This document shows, piece after piece, positions 1 through 11,228 of a DNA stretch of 64,000 nt (position 1 is the first letter of the stretch; every line of letters begins with the position of its first letter). Source of the stretch: Novakomyces olei (lineage: Eukaryota); assembly GCA_016906335.1 (NCBI GenBank), contig JADEYG010000007.1, positions 186,001-250,000 of the forward strand, given 5' to 3'. The notes beneath the pieces are model-generated. The model was not told the origin of the DNA. It saw nothing but the letters and a program-made list of their open reading frames with translations, and searched no databases. The position numbers and the translations under genes were made by a program.

Positions 1-202
1 CAGTGCCGGTCGCCTCGCTCACAAACGGCTGAGGGCCGTACGTGTCTGTGTCTGACGACGACGACGACGACGATACTGAGGCTGAGCGTCGGTCGGCAGA
101 CCGACGTGAGCGGTCCAACTGCTCCCGCACATTCGACTTGGCCGGAATTGGCTGCTTGCCGAAGCCTGACGGAAGGTACGCTCGCAACTGCTCTTCGTCC
201 AT
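1..202 (-). CDS. 5' end of a gene running off the left edge; N-terminus MDEEQLRAYLPSGFGKQ resembles WDR70-like WD40 proteins
   Basis: ATG at 202 on the minus strand opens a frame that stays open to position 1 (not in the ORF track). The LPxxFGK start recalls WDR70 homologues, but no WD repeats lie inside the window. Confidence 0.4.
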   Translation of the reverse strand, partial: MDEEQLRAYLPSGFGKQPIPAKSNVREQLDRSRRSADRRSASVSSSSSSSDTDTYGPQPFVSEATGT

Positions 203-221
203 GCCGTCAAACTGCAGTTGG

Positions 222-362
222 CGATAGTGATGGATTTAGGGTTAGTGATAGTGATAGTGACAATATTAGGGTTAGTGATAGTGACAATATTAGGGTTAGT
301 GATAGTGGCAATATTAGTGATAGTGATAGTGATAATATTAGGGTTAGGGTTAGTAATATTAG
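222..362. repeat. Degenerate tandem repeat (about 24-bp unit GTGATAGTGACAATATTAGGGTTA) with TTAGGG hexamers, in a divergent promoter
   Basis: Repeated GTGATA and TTAGGGTTAG blocks are directly visible; they produce the low-complexity ORFs 19..501, 106..375 and 218..415. Confidence 0.85.
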
Positions 363-463
363 ATTTTATAATTGAAGGGTTAATTAATAGGATTAACAGG
401 ATTAATAGAATATAGGCAGAGTGAAGAGCGACACTCGGATCAGGTGCTATTCGCAGACGGGCA

Positions 464-1786
464 ATGGCGCAAAATGAAAAGCCGCGTCGCGTAATAGACA
501 CGCGGCTGTTTGACGCTTCTTACAGGCGGATAGACTGTGAGCAGTGCAGAGCGACTTTAGAGTTTCTGCCAATTCAGGCTTCGGCGGTCGACGAGGCAGT
601 CGTGTTAAAGTGCTGTCAGTGCGGCGCACTGCTCGCGCCGCCCGACACGTCACCAAAGCCCTCGTCAAAGCCCTCGTCAAAGACCCCAGCGGCCCGGCGC
701 AAGCGTGGAACGCAAGAAAACCCTATTGAATTAGAGTACTATCACGTCTTGCAGGTGGATGCCACTGCTTCAGCAAACGAAATAAGACGCTCTTACCGCC
801 GATTGGCGGCCGTTGTGCACCCCGACAAACCCGGCGGGTCGAGTGCAGAATTTTTCAAAATATCAGAGGCCTATTCGGTGCTGTCAAACGAGGACTCGCG
901 GCGCCGGTACAATGAGTTTGGGAAGGCTAAAGGCGATAAAGCGTCCGCTGCATCTTCTGGACCAGAAGGCAGTGAGGTTGTTGACATGGAGGCCTCTTTG
1001 GCACAGGTTTTTGGTGGCGGGCAGCATGGGCTGTGGCACGATATCGTTGGGGACTTTAGCTTTCTACGAGAAATGAGTGATGTCATGGTCGACGAGACTG
1101 ACGATGAGGAAGGGGACGCGGGGGCTAAAGAGGAACGGGATAAGGTTAGAGAAGCACAGCGGCAACAGCGGCGTGATGAGGAGCGCCGTCTACGCTTGGC
1201 CACTCTGTCTGATAATCTGAGGCAAAAGCTTGATACTTTTGCCATGAGCGACGATTTACCAGCCTTTACGAAACGGTTCAGTCAAGAAGCGCAGGACCTG
1301 AAAGCAGAGTCGTACGGGACAGAGCTCTGCCACGTTGTGGGGCAGATATACGCACTGCAGGCCGCATCGCACCCGCTTAACCCTAACGCGAGCACTTGGT
1401 CTTTGGCGTATCGGGGGTACGTCGCCTCCTTGCGGCTAAAGACGCGTACAGTTACAAGCACCTTTTCCGTTATTCGTAAAGCTTACGCTGTTAAACGCGC
1501 GTTTGAAAAGCTGTCATTAACAACAGAAAAGGAGGCAGATGAAAATGTAAAAAAACAGTTGGAAGAGGACGCGGCAAAGGCGGTTTTCGAGGCGACTTAT
1601 GAGGGCATCCGAAGCGAGCTACTTGGCGTGATTAGCGAAGTGTGCTCTACTGCATTAGCAATCGAGGCGGACCGGGTAGCTGGTATTGCTAACGTTTCGC
1701 ACGATGAACTCGTACAAAGACGAGTCATTGCTCTCGAAACATTAGGCAATATTTACCAGGCAGTGCAGCCAGATCCGGCTCCGTGA
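464..1786 (+). CDS. J-domain protein with DnaJ-X domain (Caj1/Djp1-like) and N-terminal CxxC..CxxC zinc ribbon
   Basis: J domain YYHVLQV...HPDK...ISEAYSVLS...RRRYNEFG; X-domain motif EAQDLKAESYGTELCHVVGQIY; single 440-aa ORF. Confidence 0.85.
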   Translation: MAQNEKPRRVIDTRLFDASYRRIDCEQCRATLEFLPIQASAVDEAVVLKCCQCGALLAPPDTSPKPSSKPSSKTPAARRKRGTQENPIELEYYHVLQVDATASANEIRRSYRRLAAVVHPDKPGGSSAEFFKISEAYSVLSNEDSRRRYNEFGKAKGDKASAASSGPEGSEVVDMEASLAQVFGGGQHGLWHDIVGDFSFLREMSDVMVDETDDEEGDAGAKEERDKVREAQRQQRRDEERRLRLATLSDNLRQKLDTFAMSDDLPAFTKRFSQEAQDLKAESYGTELCHVVGQIYALQAASHPLNPNASTWSLAYRGYVASLRLKTRTVTSTFSVIRKAYAVKRAFEKLSLTTEKEADENVKKQLEEDAAKAVFEATYEGIRSELLGVISEVCSTALAIEADRVAGIANVSHDELVQRRVIALETLGNIYQAVQPDPAP

Positions 1787-2246
1787 TTCATCAACTCTTG
1801 AGAGCTTTGGCCTGTCAGTTGACACACTATAAGCCAAAGAAGCTAGGATCTACTAAAAGATTAGACGGCTTTAATTTTTTAGCATCCTGACGCTATGAAT
1901 TTTTTTTTTTAAATATAATCTTATATTTTTTAATTTTTTTTTTTTTTTCAGGTTCTTTTATTGGTTTTCATTCCTTTAATTTTAATCTTTAATTTTTATT
2001 CTTATTTTTATTTTTTTATTTTTAATTTTTAATTTCTTAATCCCTGAATTTGAGTCTCCAAACTGAATTATATATATTTCTTTCCGTCATTTTCTTTGGT
2101 TTCCTTGTTCTATAATGATGATTATGCATTTCTACATACTCTTGCAAGCGATTAGGTTCTCCGTCATTCAAGGCTAATTGATTATATACATACATTATAA
2201 TTCGAAGCAATAGGCATGTCACACACCATGCAGAGTCCCCGTCCCT

Positions 2247-5200
2247 TCACCAGCCGAGCACCTTTTCATCGAACCGATGCAAGGTCTCCTCCATACTATT
2301 CATATCCTTTTGTGCCTTTTTCCGCATATAAAATATCGGGCAATCACGTGAAGTGCAGAGCACATCCTGGTGCAAGCTGCCCTGGCAACGCTGGCACTGT
2401 GTCCACAGTCTTGCAAACCTTACTTCTAAGGCGTTCGACTCCACTACGTGCCGCTGGTATATTTCCCCTACCCGTGACTTGCAGTTTTCACAGACTGCGG
2501 CTTTGCTGCCCTTGGGCAAAGGTGTTCGACACCCGAGACACAAGGCAGATTTTACAGCAAACTTCATAAGCCCTCCAATAGACGGAGCAGCGACGGAAAT
2601 AACTCGAGTATGATCACCAGAAAGAAGCGAGTTTGCCTTCTCCCCAAGAATCGGTTCAAATATACGTAAAAGCGGATTGGCCAGCTGGTTGTCAAGGTAG
2701 TATTTTGTATCAATCGGAATATTGTTCTCCAAAACAAATATCGGGTCTTCTGCCCGAGAGTGCAATTTCTCACCTGTTGCGCCTTTTATAATTACATAGG
2801 CCACTCGATCGCCCAACGCCGGAGCCGATCCTGCATCGCGCTTGCGCATCCGCTCAGCCAGTTCCACGTGAGCCTGCTTGGCCGTATAATCAGACTTTGA
2901 TAGGGCCTTTGTGATAACCAGCTGCGACATGTCCACCCGGTTTTGCAGCAAGTCCGATATCGTATCCTTTGTATACTCCATCGCCGCATTTACATCGCGA
3001 TCAACAAGCATCTTGCGCAGTGCCGTTTCAATAACGTGTGATACAAGTTGGCAATTGTCCCGTCTTACTGTTTCAATGCCTTTTGCATCCATTTTGTCAA
3101 ATTTATTTGGGTTTGTCCAGTACAGTCCAGCGTACCTTTTCTTACTGATCAGCAAGTAGGGGAAGTAAACCTTTTCAAACTCGAGTTTGATCGGTTTGAC
3201 AAACTTGCTTGATACATAGTTGGCTGCCTCTTGTCCCAGCTCCATCACCCGCGGCATATCCTTGACACCAAACTTTACCATCACGGAATCAGTATCACCG
3301 TAAACCACAGTAGCATCAGCCTCATAACCATTTGCGAGTGTGTAATGAGCTTCCACTTCTGCCTTTGTCTTCTCAATCATTTGCCGCCCGTAAGCAGTGA
3401 CACTGGAGGAGATCGGCAGACAAGGCAGCTTGCCGTTCGTTGCACCTGTGAATCCATATACTGAGTTTGCAGATATTTTAAGAGCGAGCTGACGGCCGTC
3501 AAGGACAGCTCGCTTGAAGGGATCTGTCTCTTTTTTAAGATCTGCTTTTGCTCTCTTGCGTGCACCCAACAGATCTTCAAAAATTGTGGGCAATAAGCCA
3601 CGCCGGACGTTTGTTGTCACAAAGCAGTCTATAAATAAGTATGATTAAAACATTTAACGATAAAAAATTCATAAAATTTAAATAATCCAAATTTACACAA
3701 CTCACCTCCGTTGGGTGTAACGGTATACTCTTCGTCCTTTTTCAGTTTCTGCGCGGCAATAACTTCGGGCGACAGCAGTGTCGTGTAGCAAAGATTGTGT
3801 GCCATCATGATGCTCGGGTACAAACTCGTGAAATCAAGTGTGGCTATCGGTGTGTCGTAATAGCCCTTTATGGGCTCAATTACAGTGGCACCCTCGTACT
3901 GCTCGTCCCCTCCCTCACTCTTTATATTGGGGACAACCAAGTCCTCAGCCAGGGCCTTACGGTACAGCTGGGAGATAACTTTTATTTGCTGGCCGCGTGA
4001 CAGCAAATAGTTGAAAGGCACACCAGTAACACGGGCCATCTCCGTGTAATTCACAAGGCACATTAGTTTGTCCATTAGACGCTGGGGTAGAAAGGCGTCT
4101 TTTAAACAATAAACAGCGAGACGCCGCCGGGATTCTGGTGTGCCGTTTTGCAAATCTGTAATAATAGAATGATGCACATCCTCCTTTTGTTCACCCAAAA
4201 ATTGAGCGCACACAGAATTGAGAGTGTATGATCTGAGCTTGTAGTCCCGCTGCACGACCTGCAGCATATCAAACTGAAGCCGGCCTTCCATGTTTGTGGT
4301 TTTTGATTCACGTGTGCCGTATGCTTTAGAGGAAAAAGTTGTCTCTTTAACCTCTGTTTTTTGTCGAGTTATACGGCCTAGAAAGGGGAAGTTGGATGCC
4401 TTTAAATGCGCAGCTCGGTCGAGCAAGTAGGGCAAATCAAAGTTGGCCGAGTTGTATCCAATCACAACGTCCGGATCGACTTTGCGAACGAAATCTGCCC
4501 AGTGCTCCAGCATTGCACGCTGGTCCGTATGCTCAAAGATTTGAGTGCCCACAATTTGTGCACAGGTATCGATAGTGAACACGTTCCGTACAAAAGGCTT
4601 TGACTGGCCATGTGTGGTCACAATATTGGCGATCTGGATCACCGGATCAACTTGAGGCTCTGGAAAAATGCCGCGGCGGCCAGCGCATTCGATATCAAAA
4701 GAAAGAATACGCAGTGGTGCCATTTTAAGCCACTGGCCTTCAGCGGCATGGGATACGAGGCGGGTCCAGTGCACGGAAACTTCAAGCTGGCAGTTTGAAA
4801 TCTGAGCGTGTTTGGGTACAAAAGAGTACCGTCCAGCGGGTAATTCGACCCAGTTCATGCCGAGTACGCCTGTATCGATCATGAACCTTAGTGTGTAGGC
4901 GATATTGCTTTCAAAAGTCATTTGTCCACCGTTGAAAAAAGATTCAAACCCAAACTCTCCACGCTCAAAGAACCCACGCACGCGCACCATCTGCCGTGGA
5001 TCAATGCACGTGATCTTGAGAAACGGAGACGGCTGGTTGCCACGGAACCCGTACAAGTTCTCCTTGAATTTTATGTCCACCTGCTGGACCGCGTTACCCG
5101 AAAACTGGTTGAGCGCACGATACAGTCTTTCTACCGCATCCGTCCGGAATCCCGGCGGCGCTGCGATGTAAAAATAAGGGTAGAATCCCGTCACTGTGCA

Positions 5201-5599
5201 AAGCACCGAGTTTCCGTTCCCAGTGACGCCAAACAGCCGTACAACAGGCCCACTGGCCTCGACCGCCTCGTCCGCTTCAATCTGCTGGAACACTACCAAT
5301 GCGTTAGATCGCTATAGCCGCTTTTTTATAACGCCAAACTTACCCAAAGGCTCCCTGTCTGCTGCGAGCGGTGGCACATCCGGCCGCTCCCACGCCTGGT
5401 CCACCTCCGCCGCTGCACCATCAGACTCCCGCTGACTCTGCAGCTCTCGAGACAGCGAATCCAACTCTGCCTCAAACGAGCTCTGTGTCGCCGACAGTTT
5501 AGTGCGTTTCATACCACCGTCCGCTTGAGGCGTAGTGTTTTCAATGTCGCGCAGAGGCAAAGACTCTTTTCGCTTTTCGCCCGCTGTATCAGGCGCCAT
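2247..5599 (-). CDS. POL3: DNA polymerase delta catalytic subunit, 3 exons (introns about 5293-5343 and 3629-3705)
   Basis: Exonuclease motif SFDIEC; polymerase motifs [24 protein letters not shown]-terminal CysA/CysB clusters. GT-AG introns join the three ORF segments in frame. Confidence 0.97.
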
Positions 5600-5617
5600 T
5601 TTCGTTGCCTAATCACG

Positions 5618-5638
5618 ACGCGTTTGTCTTTGTCGCGT
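5618..5638. promoter_or_regulatory. MCB-like elements (ACGCGT 5618-5623, TCGCGT 5633-5638) just upstream of POL3; another ACGCGT at 6090-6095
   Basis: Sequence match. MBF/MCB control of replication genes is established in yeasts. Confidence 0.55.
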
Positions 5639-6322
5639 TGTATTCATTGCGAATTAAATTACTGGCGAAAATGGTACTGTATTGTAGTCTGTACATTAAT
5701 TAGAGTAATGTGTAAGTTACTGTACTGTAATATTAATGTGGTGGTAATGTTAGTATTGTACTCGCCGGTACAGACAATCAGTATTATTTGCAATTGTCAA
5801 AGTATGAATCCATTACCCCCTCATACTACTTCGCTTACTCTTCAAATTCAGATACGTCTATTGCGCGTGTCTGGTCTTTGTCTTTAGGTTATTGGATCTC
5901 ACTTTGAACATACATCGTTATGTATACACTGTAATCATTACAGTGTCATCAGTATAGACTGTAGTCACAGTATTTATTAGTCGATACGGCCACTTTACGT
6001 AATATAGTGCAATTTACTTACTGCAGTACTGATAGCAGTCTTGGCTGTCTGCCAATATACTGCGAGCAACGTATAAAAATTACGCTACAACGCGTGTATT
6101 GTGCGCCAAGCGATCAGTTCCAATACTTTTTAATCATTTTTTAATTAGTTAAATAATAGTTTGTGTACAAAGCACACAAACCCCAAATTCACAGACGAAT
6201 CCATCGCTTTCACTCAATGGCTCCTACTGAACGACTGCGCCGCTGATGGCTGAGTGGCAGTAGTAAAGGGAAAAAAAAGGCACAATTTCCAAGTCCATTA
6301 TATTTTTGTTACTATTGCTTCG

Positions 6323-7794
6323 ATGCCGCTGGTAATGCCGCGTTTACCGCGGCCACTAGTACAGATCGGACGGTTGCTGCGCGTTATCTGCAGCTATATG
6401 CCTTTTGTAGTCGTCGTGACTTTTGTAACGTTTGGAGGATTGACGCTGCTGTCGCTACACGTCCGTCACGACGCAAGTGTCTTGCGTAAGTTGGTACTGC
6501 CCTCACTCGCTGATCTGTTGAAGGGTACGGTGGACTTATTATTACGCTTTTCCTGTACTGCCTCACAGTGTGGACGTTTTTGTTCTCTATTTTCTGTGAT
6601 CCTGGCTCGCCTTCTGCTTCGACAGCCACTGCCGTAAGTCGTCCTTCCATCCACATTCATCACACGCAGCTAACGGCTTTTTCATAGCACGGATACTCGC
6701 ACTTGCCGACGCACAGTGAGCCGATATCTGTGCTTGTAAAGGGCGACGGTCGCCAGCGGTTTTGCCAAAAATGTCAGTGTCAAAAGGTGAGGCATTCAAT
6801 ATGGGTTTCAGCGTCTTTTACATGTGTTTTACATGTGTTTTACATGTGTTTTACATGTGTTTTACATGTGTTTTACATATTCTAATACACTGCCTGCTGC
6901 AGCTATTATTCTCATAATCTTGTTGCTAACCTCAGCCGGACCGTTCCCACCACTGCAGCTCGTGCGGTCGCTGTATTCTCAAAATGGACCATCATTGTAA
7001 GAAGGCATGCGCACTCTTGCATCGCTAATCTCATAGGTGTCTGGCTGGCTACATGTGTAGGTCTCCGTAACCAGCGGTATTTTGTCCAGTTTTTGGTGTA
7101 CGTTTCCCTATTCGCCCTGTGGTGTTTTGCCAATACTGTGGGAGCCGTGTTTTTTTTCTTCACAGACGAAACGGGTCTCGATCAAATGATCTCCATAAGC
7201 TGGCTCATATGCTGTGTTTTGTCAGGCACACTCGGCCTGCCCATACTGTTTTTCGCGTCTTACCATGTATGGCTCGTGATGCGTAACATGACGACTATTG
7301 AAAACCTGGAAAAAAGCCGCTACAATATACGGCAGCGTGGCGCGTTTGCTACGGCTTCAGACAGGCTGCAGCATATTACTAGACGTCCACGTTTCGCACA
7401 GCCAACCAACAGCAGCGGCAACTACTCTCGTGCAGGCGACAGTAGTCGTGGAGACGAGGCGAGCGTTGACGGGGAAGACGACGACCGTAAACTGATCGGA
7501 AACGCGTTCGATGTAGGCCTTTGCCAGAATTGGGCACAGGTCATGGGTTCGAATCCGATACTGTGGCTCTTCCCGGTGGGAGGCCCGTTTATGGACGGTT
7601 GGTACTGGCCAATAAATTCACGCGCACGTGACGCAGTAGCGCGCAATGTGGAGCGGCAAAAGTTGAGAAACGAGACCCCACAACAACACAAGGTTGAAAA
7701 TGTTCCTCATAGCATGCGGGGTTTAATGGACCAGGCTCTTGAGCGGGCTGAGCAAGCGACGGGGCGTAATGACGGTGATGAAGTGAGCCGCTAA
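6323..7794 (+). CDS. DHHC palmitoyltransferase (Pfa3-like), 5 exons
   Basis: Spliced product reads [44 protein letters not shown], with TTIE motif and NWAQVMG..LWLFP C-terminal motif; four GT-AG introns. Confidence 0.9.
6816..6878. repeat. Intronic minisatellite (TTTTACATGTG) x5.7
   Basis: Perfect 11-bp tandem repeat inside intron 6788-6935 of the DHHC gene. Confidence 0.95.
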
Positions 7795-7964
7795 TAAAAT
7801 TAGAGATGACAGTTTTGAATTAAAAATTTTATTGCTTCTTCCTACAAATGTGTGAGCCAGGTAGACTTGTTCTTTTTATATAATAGAATTTCTTTTCTGC
7901 ATGATTATCTGGTATTAACGTAGTACATTAATTTCTATGCCACGGCTACGCTCGGACTGCTCCA

Positions 7965-9520
7965 CTACTGGCTATGCGCAATGGCAAACTCGTCAATGTA
8001 AGCAGCAAGCTTGGTAGCGTCACCCACAGTAATAGCATTATACAGAGAGATACGGATACCGCCGACAGAGCGATGGCCCTTTAGATTTACCATTCCTCGA
8101 TCTGCTGCGCCGGTAAGAAATTCAGACTCGAGCGACTCTGTTTGTAGACGGAAGGGAACATTCATACGGCTGCGAGCTTTTGGTGCCACTACGAGACGGT
8201 ACGTACTTGGATGCCGTTCCAACGCAGAGTATATAATATGAGACTTTTCTGCACTCAGTCGCTCAACCGCCTCAAGGCCTCCGTTTTTAAGCAAAAGCTC
8301 AAGGTACAAGTTGACCTGGTGTAGCGGTGCAATAGGCAAAGTATTGTACAAGGAATTGTTTGCTGCTGTTACGCCATAGTCCATGACAGAGGGAGCAACT
8401 GGGATGTGTGCTGCGTGTAGCTCGTCTATGCTGGATCGCGATTCAATAATATCGTTTCGGACAATGACAATTGTTATTCCAGCTGGTCCCGCGTTCTTCT
8501 GCGCTCCTCCCTGGTTGATTGTCAGATATGTTGATTTAAAAAATGAAAGAATAAATGGAAAATGAACGACAAGACGAAAAACAAAGGGCATATTTTGGAA
8601 AGAAAAAAGTCTAATTAGACCAAAGTAATAGGAATATGATTAGACACAAGCTGTACGTACATATAAAATTGCGTATTTAGAAACATCTACTTTGCGAGAG
8701 AAAATGTTGGATGAAATGTCAGCGACCAAATCAGCATTGCCCAGATCCGCCGGTGGTGAAGGGAACTCTACTCCGTGCACAGTCTCATTATCGCAGTAGT
8801 AGACGTAAGCAGGGTCCTCGCTTAGATCCCAGGAATTACGCTCAGGCAGATCCGTATACGCACCAAAATGGGCCTTGCTGTTGGTTACAACGTGTACTGG
8901 CACACCGACTCGCCGAGCCTCGTCACTCGCACGTGCCGACCATGAACCTTAATAAACATTAGTAAAGGAAGCAAAAGAAGCAAGAGTGAGAGAAAAGGCA
9001 AGAAAATCGAAAATCAATTGGTGGAAGGCACTATATAGCAGCTGCTGCGAAAAGAGAAGCGTTCTGAGAGAATGAGCTCAATCAAAACTGTCGGATTACG
9101 CAAGAAAGGATTAGCTGAAACACGAAAAGCATTGGCAAATTATAGAGAGCAGTCGGGCAGTAGTGCTGTTGAAAGCAAAGGTTAAACTCATAATCAGACC
9201 GTACCTGTGATAATGTAGTTTGCTGTGCCTAATTTGCGACGGTGTGCAATCAAATTGTACGCCACAGCTGCGAATTGAGAAGAGCCGCCGCCCTGCATAA
9301 AAAGGACAGAGTAATTATCCGGCACTGACAACAGCTCGCGCACGTTTCGTTTGGCCGCCTCTACAATCGCAAGCGCATCTTTTGATCTGTGCGAAATTTC
9401 AGACACACCCATTCCCAAGCCATTGTAGTTCAACAGAGCAGCTGCTCCCTGTTCTACCACCTCATCAGGTAAGGCACTTGGACCTGCGCCAAAGTTTATC
9501 ACCTCGCTGCGTTTAGCCAT
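7965..9520 (-). CDS. SER1: Phosphoserine aminotransferase, 3 exons (introns 8948-9204 and 8512-8660)
   Basis: NFGAGPSALP, EISHRS, QGGGSSQF, ITG|SWS, YCDNETVHGVEF, Y|GGAQKNAGPAG (PLP lysine), GHRSVGGIRISLYNA. Confidence 0.96.
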
Positions 9521-10584
9521 TGAACCTGAATAAATTATTTATCGAGCTGAAGATAAGATTTAAATCGCGATAAATGTCATAAATTTGCCCCTTCGACTTT
9601 GCGCCGGTACGGTGCTTAATACCAATGTCCGGCCACGATAATAAGTAATACACAACTCGATAGCTGTGGCATGCCTAATATAAATGAGTGCATATTTATT
9701 GTACTTGAGAGATATACGTCGTGCCTTTCGTTGCAACCGTTTTAATATTAGAATAAAAATATTAATATTAATAATAATAATTTTAATGACCGTGCTTATA
9801 ACCGCGCTTATGACCATGCCGGGACGGACAGCTATTGACGCTGGTCTTAAGCCTTACTATGATTAACTGGAAGGTATACCGTAACAACGATATTGCCCAT
9901 TGTTGTATCAAGAACGAACGAATTGTGTATATGCAAAGCAACGACAGCATTAATTATCGTGCCTATCTGTTAGTGATGCACACAGCATGCTTTCAAGATT
10001 ATTTGTTAACATAGACAAATGCATTGCTGTTTGACCTTTTGGCAATTGTCGTCCCCACTTTTCCAATATAAAGACAATCTTATCAAACACCGTTCTCATG
10101 CTGTGGAAAGTTTACTCAGTCCAACTCAGAATATGATAATAATCATTGGTTCAAACTAAAAAATTAGGGAGAATTATATTGGTATAACTAATGGCAAGCT
10201 TGATTTTGGTCCGCAGCTCACAGGGTTGAAAGGTCTATTAACTTTGTGTCATTATGTGCCTATCATACGCAGGTCCCTTAAATTGTAAATATGGTGAATC
10301 ACAATCTCTTCCTTTGCGGTCGACTACTGGCAAAAGATTTGCTATATAATACATAGTAGGCGCAGTCAAAGGGCATACGTAGGATATACGTATTACGGTG
10401 TGTCCAAGGAGGATGGTCAAGACGTAAAATATTAGATATCTGTACTAAGCTTTACTCAAATACAAATTTCGCATAATACATTGCAAGTATATTTCTTTCT
10501 GTACTATTATTATTTGTTCTCGGAAGGCTTCCACAAAATTTATAAGATTCACCAACAAGTCCTATTTCTAAGTAACGGGTCACA

Positions 10585-10600
10585 GTCACGTGTCACGTGA
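10585..10600. promoter_or_regulatory. Tandem E-box (GTCACGTG TCACGTGA), Cbf1/bHLH-type site about 1 kb upstream of SER1
   Basis: Two adjacent CACGTG cores in an otherwise AT-rich intergenic region; function is inferred. Confidence 0.4.
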
Positions 10601-11228
10601 TCGCATCGCACGTTAACGCGCTTGCAAGACAATCGGTGCCACTTGGCCGGTTCATGAGCGTTGAGAGTCCAGATCGGGATAGCAAAATTATTGCATAAGT
10701 AATACCGCGGGGCATATTTGTTTATCGGCAATCACTCGCCGACAGGTACTATGTGTGCATCTTTCCGTATTAGGTAATTTTGCGACGTCAACAACTACGT
10801 CATCGATTATAACCGCGTCGGACGTGTCATAAACAAACCAATACATAATGATTATACAAGGACCTTTGGAATGATTATAAGCTTTCGCATGCGTTTCGCA
10901 GCGTCGTTATATGACGAAAAGTTTTAATTAAATTGCTTAACCATGGAAATGAAACTCTCAATGTATTACAGAAAACAGCAAATAAATAAATTGCGCGAGT
11001 CTTCTGCTTATGCCGATGTCTTTATAATCTTTAAAAAAGCAATAGATGAATAATTGTCCAGGATTGCATATTGCATGCTCCCAGGCCTTCAAAACCCGAA
11101 GCCTCTCAACAGCTATGTATATAAACTACAGAGTTAACTTTCAAACATACAATCTGCAGTATAAACTTATTCGAGCGATAATACGAAAAGTAATAAGAAA
11201 AAGGCAATAGAAAAATGAAGAGAACAAA

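Noticed and set aside
19-501. ORFs 19..501, 106..375 and 218..415
   Set aside because: Low-complexity translations of the promoter minisatellite; they overlap better-supported genes.
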